Notes under the pieces: model-generated
What the model was told of the DNA's origin: nothing
The model's database searches: none
The model's input: the letters and a program-made list of their open reading frames with translations, nothing else
Assembly: GCA_947598485.1 (NCBI GenBank)
Contig: CANQFJ010000001.1
Location: 11,469 to 75,468, forward strand
Direction: 5' to 3'
Origin: an uncultured Bacilli bacterium
GTDB taxonomy: Bacteria; Bacillota_I; Bacilli_A; RF39; UBA660
DNA length: 64,000 bases
Shown: positions 56,866 through 64,000 of the stretch, in pieces
How the letters are laid out: the number at the start of each line of letters is the position of its first letter
Numbering within the stretch: position 1 is the first letter of the stretch
Translations under genes and position numbers: made by a program

Positions 56866-58004
56866 TTAATTAACCTCTCTATATTATCAAATGCTATTTT
56901 TGTTCCATCATAAGATTTGATAATATTTTTATACTTATCTATATTTTTCTTGTATTCTTTCTTACATAATTCTATTTTATCTTTTTTCAGATTGTCAAAG
57001 TTTTTAATATATAATCCTATTTTTTTCTTATTTACAATAATGGCTGTCATTCTTTGTTCTTCTTGTTGAGGAATACATATTTGGAATTTACCAAAATATA
57101 AACTTTCATAAACACTATTAAGTCCTCCGTGATTTATAAACAATTCAATATTAGGCAATAGTGATAATTGGTCTGTTGATTTTACAAATTCAACATTTTT
57201 TGAATTGTCAATTTTCAAGTTTCCTACACTCATTATTGATTTTTTATTTTTTAATAATTCACTATCAACTATTATATTTAGCAATTCATTGTTTTCAGTA
57301 AAAATAGATCCAAGTGAAATATAAGTGTCATATTTATCATATTTTGTCTTATTTGTAATTCTATCTTTAATTGTTGTACCTACAAAAACAAAATTTTTTG
57401 GAAAAGTTTTATAAAAAGGTTGTAATTCTTTTGGTGTAAATACTATGGTTATATCTCCCTTATTAACAAATAAATCCATAACATTCAATTTAACAACTTC
57501 ATTATCTTTTCTAAACCTTTTTTCTTCTTTATACAACTTTATGATAGGCTTTAAGTTTCTACACATTAACTTTATTGTTGAAAAGAACATATTTGAAAAA
57601 GTAAATGTAAAGGAATTATATGCCATAGTAGTACAAAAGCAAACTGATTTAATATTTAATTTTTTTGAAATGTTTTTTGCAAAAGAACACATTGAATCGT
57701 AAATAATTAAATCAGGCTTATTATTTCTTATATCATTTAAGTATTCTAAATAGCATTCTCTATTCAAACTCAATAATCCCTGATAAAGATTATAAAAGTT
57801 TGCAGTCAAATCACTTAAACTATATTTATCAAAATCAACTTTGTATTCTATAAAGTTTGCACCTGTTTGCTCTACAAATTGTTTATACTTTTTACTACAA
57901 TACCAATCTACTTGATAATTATTCTTTACTAATTTTGAAATTACAGGATATACAGAGTTTATATGTCCGAAAGCAGGAGTTGAGAAAAACACAATTCTTT
58001 TCAT
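56862..58004 (-). CDS. GT1 glycosyltransferase, MGT (macrolide/UDP-glucosyl) family
   Basis: N-terminal FFSTPAFGHINSVYPVISKLV and C-terminal nucleotide-sugar motif FINHGGLNSVYESLYFGKFQICIPQQEEQ. Confidence 0.8.
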   Translation of the reverse strand: MKRIVFFSTPAFGHINSVYPVISKLVKNNYQVDWYCSKKYKQFVEQTGANFIEYKVDFDKYSLSDLTANFYNLYQGLLSLNRECYLEYLNDIRNNKPDLIIYDSMCSFAKNISKKLNIKSVCFCTTMAYNSFTFTFSNMFFSTIKLMCRNLKPIIKLYKEEKRFRKDNEVVKLNVMDLFVNKGDITIVFTPKELQPFYKTFPKNFVFVGTTIKDRITNKTKYDKYDTYISLGSIFTENNELLNIIVDSELLKNKKSIMSVGNLKIDNSKNVEFVKSTDQLSLLPNIELFINHGGLNSVYESLYFGKFQICIPQQEEQRMTAIIVNKKKIGLYIKNFDNLKKDKIELCKKEYKKNIDKYKNIIKSYDGTKIAFDNIERLIK

Positions 58005-58006
58005 AC

Positions 58007-59152
58007 TTATTCAACTCCTTCCATATCTTCTATAATACTTTTTAATGTATCTTTTGGTATCTGATTTTTATAACTACAAATTGCTATATTCGTTTTATTT
58101 TTATATTCTGTAATTACTATTGAAAAAGGTGTTAAAGGTTGATGATTAGGTAGTGAAATGATATTTTCAATGTTAAATTTATAAGAACTATTGAAAGTTA
58201 ATCTTCCTAAATGAGATACTATTGCACCAACAAAGTATTTATTTTTATTTCTTAAATAATTAAAAAACTTTTTTATTACAAATCTTCTTATTTTCTCTGG
58301 ATAGTTATGATAGTTATATCCTTTTGCACTATACATATTTAATTCTTTTTTCTCTTTCAATGATAAAAGTAATTCTCCACCAATTTTATTTATATCATCA
58401 TCTTTATTAACGTCTATATAAATGGGCAAAATTAGATTTCCAATTCTTTTAGTAGTTCTATCATAATTTCTTAAATCAACAGGTATCATAAACTTGACAG
58501 TATCATTTTTAAAATGTTTTTGTAATATTTTTGATATTTTAGCAACAATATTTGGAATATAATTATCTATTGTTAGAACATTCCATTGTAGTTTATAACT
58601 GTTAATTTTGTTTATATTATTTAAAGAATATTTAGGTTTTAATTTTACTTTTTTATTATAGTAATTCTGATTTTTTATAAATTCTTTATCTGTTATATCA
58701 TTCTTTAATAAGTGTTCTTCCTTACCACATATTTTATTTACAAAGTTTTCAATAATTAAAATTGCACCCTTACCATCAATAACGCCGTGAAAGAACTTAA
58801 AAACTAAATATCTTCTTTTTTCATCTTTTATATTCAATAAATAAAGTTCTATACTATGCTTTCTAAAATTTGTTGTTTCATTAAAAAAGTCTTCATTAAG
58901 CATATAGGCTTCAGAATCAAAAGTTAATTCTTCTACATATATTCTATCCTTACTTACAAACCAATTATTATTGTTTTTAAATACATTGCTTCCGGTATTT
59001 TTTATTACTATCTCATTTATTGTATCTTCTATTTCTTTAATTGATATATTGCCTGTAAATTCTACTAAAAATTGAATTGTATAAGAATTAACTAACTCTT
59101 GTACATCACAAAACATCAATTCTCCATCAGAAATACCTCTTACCTTTTCCAT
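58007..59152 (-). CDS. Stand-alone condensation-domain-like / PapA-WS-type acyltransferase
   Basis: The start is trimmed from GTG 59164 to ATG 59152 (AAGGTGG 8 nt upstream). FKFFHGVIDGKG matches the HxxxDG catalytic motif. Size ~380 aa. Confidence 0.55.
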   Translation of the reverse strand: MEKVRGISDGELMFCDVQELVNSYTIQFLVEFTGNISIKEIEDTINEIVIKNTGSNVFKNNNNWFVSKDRIYVEELTFDSEAYMLNEDFFNETTNFRKHSIELYLLNIKDEKRRYLVFKFFHGVIDGKGAILIIENFVNKICGKEEHLLKNDITDKEFIKNQNYYNKKVKLKPKYSLNNINKINSYKLQWNVLTIDNYIPNIVAKISKILQKHFKNDTVKFMIPVDLRNYDRTTKRIGNLILPIYIDVNKDDDINKIGGELLLSLKEKKELNMYSAKGYNYHNYPEKIRRFVIKKFFNYLRNKNKYFVGAIVSHLGRLTFNSSYKFNIENIISLPNHQPLTPFSIVITEYKNKTNIAICSYKNQIPKDTLKSIIEDMEGVE

Positions 59153-59157
59153 TATTA

Positions 59158-60756
59158 CTACCACCTTTTTATTTTCAAAGTTGATGTTTTTGGGAACTCT
59201 TGCTCCTCTATTACATAATTACTTATATGTTTAAAAATAGGAAGATTATTATTTATATCATCAATCATTATTTTAATGGATTCTTCTATATTTTTTTTCT
59301 TTTTATACTCATCTTCCAAAACAATATGAGCGACTAAATATGATTCCTTTTTAACTTCTTTTGCTTTAACCAAGACTTCTTTAACAAAATCATATTCTAA
59401 TATTCTTTCTTCAATTTCTTCTGGATATATATTTTCTCCATTATTTGCTATTATTACATTTTTAATTCTACCTACTATATAAAGATAACCATCTTTATCA
59501 AGATATCCTAAATCCCCTGTATAAAACCAACCTTTTTTAAACACTTCCTCATTTTGTGATTTATTGTTGTATCCTATCATTACTTGTGGACCTTTTGCAA
59601 TTATCTCACCAATTCCATCTTTATCTTTATTTACTATTCTAATTTGTGTTTCTTTTAAAGGCTTTCCTACACTATTATTTCTTTTAGATTTTATTCCCAT
59701 TACGGTTAATATAGGTGATGTTTCTGTTAAACCATAGCCTTGATAAATATTAAATCCTAATCCCATCAAGAACTCAAATACATCATCTTCAAGTCTTGCA
59801 GCACCACAAGGAATTATGCGTAAATTACCTCCTAATTCATTATGAATTGACTTAAATACTTTCTTTTTGATATTTATCTTAAACTTCAATAAAAAATCCG
59901 TTAATTTAATCATATTGCTTACTAATTTTTCTTTCTTTTGATTTTTTATTTCCATTTTTATTCCCAATGTAATAAATTCTAATACTCTTGGAACACAATT
60001 TATTACTGTCGGCTTATACTTTTTTAAATCTTTCTTAATATTTTTAAATGATGAGCAAAAACATACAGATGATCCACTCATTAAAGGTGTCACTACTGAA
60101 CAAGTAAATTCATAGGTATGGTGTAGAGGCAATATAGAAAAAAACTTGTCATTAGTATCTAAATCAAATCTAAAATTCAAATTATAAGCGTCACGAATTA
60201 TATTATATTGTGATAGTTTAACTATTTTGGCTTTTGCAGAAGTTCCAGATGTAAAAAGTAATATTGATAATTCACTATCACTTCTTTTAATTTCATCAAC
60301 AGATTTGTCTTTAAAATATATTTTTTTTCCATCTTTAATTATTTTCTTAAAATCGTATGAATCCATATTAAGATACTTTATCTTCCTAAAATCTTTATTT
60401 ACATCATTTATTTTTTCTTCCATATCAGAAGAATAGAATAATAAATCTACATTAGATTGTTTTATTACTCTTTCAATTTCAGTGGGTGTTAGTTCTTTAT
60501 CAAGTGGAACAATTACTCCAACATAAGACACTACTGATAAATATGTTAGAATCCAATTATAAGAATTTTTACCTATAACAGCAATTCTCTTGTTTTCAAA
60601 TCCTTTTTTTAATAGATATGTTGCAAAATATTTTGTCTTATTATATAAATCTTCAAATGTATCATAATCATCAACATTACGATATATTGCAACATCATTA
60701 GGATACAATTCATAACATTTTTCTAAAAAGTCTTTAAATGTCTTTGCGTTGTTCAT
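59158..60756 (-). CDS. Acyl-AMP/acyl-CoA ligase (ANL adenylate-forming superfamily, fatty-acid type)
   Basis: LLFTSGTSAKAKIVKLS, QGYGLTETSP, WFYTGDLGYLDKDGYLYIVGRIKN, and a C-terminal TLKIKR. Confidence 0.88.
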   Translation of the reverse strand: MNNAKTFKDFLEKCYELYPNDVAIYRNVDDYDTFEDLYNKTKYFATYLLKKGFENKRIAVIGKNSYNWILTYLSVVSYVGVIVPLDKELTPTEIERVIKQSNVDLLFYSSDMEEKINDVNKDFRKIKYLNMDSYDFKKIIKDGKKIYFKDKSVDEIKRSDSELSILLFTSGTSAKAKIVKLSQYNIIRDAYNLNFRFDLDTNDKFFSILPLHHTYEFTCSVVTPLMSGSSVCFCSSFKNIKKDLKKYKPTVINCVPRVLEFITLGIKMEIKNQKKEKLVSNMIKLTDFLLKFKINIKKKVFKSIHNELGGNLRIIPCGAARLEDDVFEFLMGLGFNIYQGYGLTETSPILTVMGIKSKRNNSVGKPLKETQIRIVNKDKDGIGEIIAKGPQVMIGYNNKSQNEEVFKKGWFYTGDLGYLDKDGYLYIVGRIKNVIIANNGENIYPEEIEERILEYDFVKEVLVKAKEVKKESYLVAHIVLEDEYKKKKNIEESIKIMIDDINNNLPIFKHISNYVIEEQEFPKTSTLKIKRW

Positions 60757-60758
60757 TA

Positions 60759-61271
60759 CTATTCCTCGCTTTCTATTTCTTTTATTAACCCACTTATTAT
60801 ATCTTCTTTTTTGTATAATCTACCTGTTTCAATAGAAAGTGATGTTGCAATCTCTTGTATATCTTCTGACAAAGATTTTTGATTAACATTTATTCCTATA
60901 CCAATTATCAAGTAATCAAGTTTATTTAAAGAATATTGTGTTTCTATCAAAATACCACCTAATTTTTTACCATTATAATAAATATCATTAGGTTTCTTTA
61001 CATAAGTTTCAACATTACAGACTCTATTTATAACTTTTGAAACAATTTTTCCAATTCTATATGAATAATCTAATGGAATAGTTTTATTACTATCTTTAAT
61101 AAGAAAACTACAAATAATACTATTCTCGTCAGAATACCATTTTCTATTATTAGTTCCATATCCACTTGTTTGCTTATTTGCAATAATAACCACGTTATTT
61201 TTCACTTCATCTGCTATTTGCTTTGCATAAGTGTTTGTGCTATCTACACTTTCTATCTTAATTATTTCCAT
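60759..61271 (-). CDS. Biotin-protein ligase catalytic-domain protein (BirA-like, no HTH, short)
   Basis: The start is trimmed from GTG 61280 to ATG 61271 (a TAATG overlap with the fabF stop). Motifs are VDSTNTYAK, a degenerate GRGRxGRxW (QTSGYGTNNRKWYS), KKPNDIYYNGKKLGGILIE and GIGINVN. Confidence 0.7.
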   Translation of the reverse strand: MEIIKIESVDSTNTYAKQIADEVKNNVVIIANKQTSGYGTNNRKWYSDENSIICSFLIKDSNKTIPLDYSYRIGKIVSKVINRVCNVETYVKKPNDIYYNGKKLGGILIETQYSLNKLDYLIIGIGINVNQKSLSEDIQEIATSLSIETGRLYKKEDIISGLIKEIESEE

Positions 61272-62494
61272 TATTCCCACTTCTTAAATATCAAACATAC
61301 ATTATGCCCACCAAATCCAAATGAATTAGACATTGCATATTTCATAGTTGTGTTCTCCTTTGCTTTATTAGCGACAAAGTTTAAATCACACTCTGGATCA
61401 AACTCTTTATAATTTATCATTGGTGGCATTATACCTGTTTCAATGGCTTTAACTGTGACAAGTGCTTCTATTGCTCCACTTGCACTTAATAAATGTCCTG
61501 TCATTGATTTAGTTGATGAAACATAAGGTTTTGACTTAAATATTTCATTTATCGCTTTTGTTTCAGTTTTATCATTTAATGGTGTAGATGTTCCGTGAGC
61601 ATTTATATATGAAATATCACTTTCTTTAATATTTGCTTCTTCTAATGCTCTATTCATTGCTTTTGTACAAGTTAATCCCTCATAATCTGGCGAAACCATA
61701 TTATAAGCGTCACAATTACAACCATATCCTACTATTTCTGCATATATTTTAGCATTTCTTGCTTTTGCGTGTTCTAATTCTTCTAATATTAGTATTGCAG
61801 AGCCTTCTCCTATTACAAATCCACTTCTTCTTTTATCAAATGGGATTGAGGCTTCATCTTTATTATTTCCTCTATATAATGCTTTCATTGCAGAAAAACA
61901 AGCAACTGAAAATGGTGTTATTGAAGCATCACTTGCTCCTGCTACCATTACTTTTTCATAACCGTGTTTTATCTTTAAATAGGCTTCACCTATTGCGTTT
62001 GCTCCACCACTACAAGCAGCAGCAGTTGCCATATTTGAGCCTTTTGCACCTAAATCTATTGCAACTTTACCAGAAGCCATATTAGGAAGCATTGCCGGAA
62101 CTAACATAGGCGACATTCTTGAAGGACCTTTATCTTTTAAAGTTTCAAATCCTTCATTTACTTTTTCAACTCCACCCATACTATTTGAAATATAAACTCC
62201 AAAATAGTCTTTATCAAAATCTATATTATCTAATTTACTATCTTTATATGCTTGTGTAGAAGCAACCCTAGCAAGATTTATAAATTTAGAATCAAATAGT
62301 AAATCTCTCTTTGGTATTCCATTATAGTCAATATCTTTAACCTCTGCTGCATATTTAGAATCAAATTGTTCTGTATCAAAACTTGTTATTAAATCTATGC
62401 CATTTTTTCCGTTTATGATATTATTCCAGAATGTTTCTACATCATTTCCTAATGCAGATATAACACCCATTCCTGTAATAACAACTCTATTCAT
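61271..62494 (-). CDS. fabF: 3-oxoacyl-ACP synthase II
   Basis: Active-site Cys in ATAAACSGGANAIG, His residues in NAHGTSTP and GHLLSASG, and a C-terminal SFGFGGHN. Confidence 0.92.
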   Translation of the reverse strand: MNRVVITGMGVISALGNDVETFWNNIINGKNGIDLITSFDTEQFDSKYAAEVKDIDYNGIPKRDLLFDSKFINLARVASTQAYKDSKLDNIDFDKDYFGVYISNSMGGVEKVNEGFETLKDKGPSRMSPMLVPAMLPNMASGKVAIDLGAKGSNMATAAACSGGANAIGEAYLKIKHGYEKVMVAGASDASITPFSVACFSAMKALYRGNNKDEASIPFDKRRSGFVIGEGSAILILEELEHAKARNAKIYAEIVGYGCNCDAYNMVSPDYEGLTCTKAMNRALEEANIKESDISYINAHGTSTPLNDKTETKAINEIFKSKPYVSSTKSMTGHLLSASGAIEALVTVKAIETGIMPPMINYKEFDPECDLNFVANKAKENTTMKYAMSNSFGFGGHNVCLIFKKWE

Positions 62495-63395
62495 TATTTA
62501 TCGCCTCCAAATCTTGTAGTTTTTCTATATGAATTACTTTTAATTTCAACTTGTTGTATATAGCAATAGAACGAATAAAACTATCAATAGATTTTCCTAT
62601 TCCTATGACATAAAATTCATCTACTCCATCATTTATCATATTTAAAATACTTTGTTCAAATCTTACAGAATTATATAATTGTTTAACAAGTAATTCTTTT
62701 ATATTTTCATTTGATTTGTTTCCTACATAATTATAATAAATTGGCAAAGATGGTGTATTAAAATTATATTTATTTAAAACTTCTTTTAATTCATTACTTG
62801 CTTCTTTAAGTAGTCCAGAATGGAATGCACCAATTACATCAAGTTTAACAACTTTTTTTGCACCACTTTCTAAACACTTTTTAGAGCATTTTTCTAATTC
62901 ATCATTATTACCTGCAATTACAACTTGGTCTGGTGAATTATAATTTGCTATCCATACATTATCAAACTCACTAACTATTTTTTCAATTTCATTTGAGTTT
63001 AAAAACATAACTGCATACATTCCTGTATTCTTACCATTTAATGCTTCATACATTATATTTGACCTATTTTCTAAAATTGAAACTGTATCGTCTATACTAA
63101 TTGCATTTGAATAACAAAGTGCAGTATATTCTCCAAGTGATAGTCCTGCACATACATCTGCATATATTCCTTTATCATTTAATAATTTAGTTAAAATTGT
63201 GCTAATAACAAAATTACCAATTTGTGAATATCTTGTATCGTGAATTAAATCGCTTTCGTTCACAAATATATCTTTAAAATTGAAATTTATATCTAATTTA
63301 TCTATAAAGTTTTTGGCAAACTCATTTTTTTCATATAATTCTTTTGCCATCTCACTATATTCATTACCTTGACCTGTAAATACAAAAGCCCTCAT
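62487..63395 (-). CDS. fabD: Malonyl-CoA:ACP transacylase
   Basis: The start is set at ATG 63395 (AAGGAG 9 nt upstream, ATGA overlap with the accA stop). FVFTGQGNEY, GLSLGEYTAL, and GAFHSGLL. Confidence 0.9.
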   Translation of the reverse strand: MRAFVFTGQGNEYSEMAKELYEKNEFAKNFIDKLDINFNFKDIFVNESDLIHDTRYSQIGNFVISTILTKLLNDKGIYADVCAGLSLGEYTALCYSNAISIDDTVSILENRSNIMYEALNGKNTGMYAVMFLNSNEIEKIVSEFDNVWIANYNSPDQVVIAGNNDELEKCSKKCLESGAKKVVKLDVIGAFHSGLLKEASNELKEVLNKYNFNTPSLPIYYNYVGNKSNENIKELLVKQLYNSVRFEQSILNMINDGVDEFYVIGIGKSIDSFIRSIAIYNKLKLKVIHIEKLQDLEAINNE

Positions 63396-64000
63396 TTTAT
63401 CATTCTCCTTACTGCAATATCCCAATTTCTAATTCTTTCATATCTATTATCAATAAGTTCTTGTAAGTCTTTCTTTATTAAATCATCATATTTATCTAAT
63501 ATGAAGTCTTTAATGTTCTTAACATTAAAATCTAAATCTTCATTTTCATCAATAACTTCGTCTATAATTTTATCTTCATATAAATCTTGTGCCGTAAATC
63601 GCATACTTTTTAACAATTCATTACTTACTTTTTCTTCTTTGTGCATTATTTTTAGATATGCTTCAGGAGAAATAACTGTATATATTGAGTGTTTTAACAT
63701 ACCGATTGAATCACAAACTGACAATGCAAGTGCTCCACCACTAGATCCTTCTCCAACAACAATAGATATTATTATTGTTTTTAAATCTGAAAAAGTATAT
63801 AAACAATCTGCTATTGCTTTGGCTTGTCCATTTTCTTCTGAATAAATGCTTGGGTCTGCTCCTGCACTATCTATAATGTTGATTATTGGAATATTAAATT
63901 TTTCGGCAAGTTTTGATATTCGGAGTGCTTTTCTATATCCCTCTGGTCTTGTAAGTCCATAATTGGTATCTTCATTTTCTTTTAGTGTTCTTCCTTTATT
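63392..64000 (-). CDS. accA: Acetyl-CoA carboxylase carboxyltransferase alpha subunit, C-terminal part (5' end beyond the window)
   Basis: The frame is open to nt 64000. ..RPEGYRKALRISKLAEKFNIPIINIIDSAGADP.., VVGEGSSGGALAL and VISPEAY motifs. Ends with TGA. Confidence 0.85.
   Translation of the reverse strand, partial: NKGRTLKENEDTNYGLTRPEGYRKALRISKLAEKFNIPIINIIDSAGADPSIYSEENGQAKAIADCLYTFSDLKTIIISIVVGEGSSGGALALSVCDSIGMLKHSIYTVISPEAYLKIMHKEEKVSNELLKSMRFTAQDLYEDKIIDEVIDENEDLDFNVKNIKDFILDKYDDLIKKDLQELIDNRYERIRNWDIAVRRMIK

Noticed and set aside
63369-63845. 158-aa plus-strand ORF
   Set aside because: It is antisense to accA and fabD, both of which carry clear catalytic motifs.

Overview
This is a 64-kb chromosomal segment from a very AT-rich Gram-positive bacterium that uses the standard genetic code (TGA is a stop at the accA/fabD junction). 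It belongs to Bacillota. The gene content and the short SMC and PolA suggest a walled Erysipelotrichia/Mollicutes-related lineage, but confidence in that placement is low. All functional calls come from motifs read by eye in the supplied translations and DNA; no database search was run. The ORF track accepts TTG/GTG starts, so several starts were trimmed to ATG or TTG codons that have a Shine-Dalgarno sequence.

Housekeeping backbone: tcdA-dxs, gpsA, rarA, a Xer recombinase, zupT, rnc-smc, yidD, tRNA-Ser, a tRNA-Ile/tRNA-Glu pair with a consensus promoter, mutM-polA, priA, topA, an LtaS-family gene, and rnhB-rbgA.

Accessory or unusual content:
1. A 1286-aa surface protein with tandem Ig-like repeats and a GLUG region.
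2. A catalytically degenerate hybrid histidine-kinase-like membrane protein paired with a HerA-like ATPase.
3. An unannotated 52-aa basic repeat peptide.
4. A ~17-kb minus-strand pilus/adhesin locus. It has a Tad-type motor and platform plus TadE-like pseudopilins but no Flp pilin. It also carries two tandem ~780-aa modular prepilins with an 18-Cys variable C-terminus, a (TA)9 tract in the promoter spacer, WG-repeat membrane proteins and a SipW-type peptidase.
5. A decayed mobile-element scar.
6. A tightly packed operon of more than 10 kb: accA-fabD-fabF-BirA-like-acyl-AMP ligase-condensation-like-GT1-LtaS-like-FkbH-like-ACP. It looks like a carrier-protein-dependent glycolipid or teichoic-acid-type pathway.

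No rRNA genes, CRISPR arrays, intact transposases or prophages were seen.
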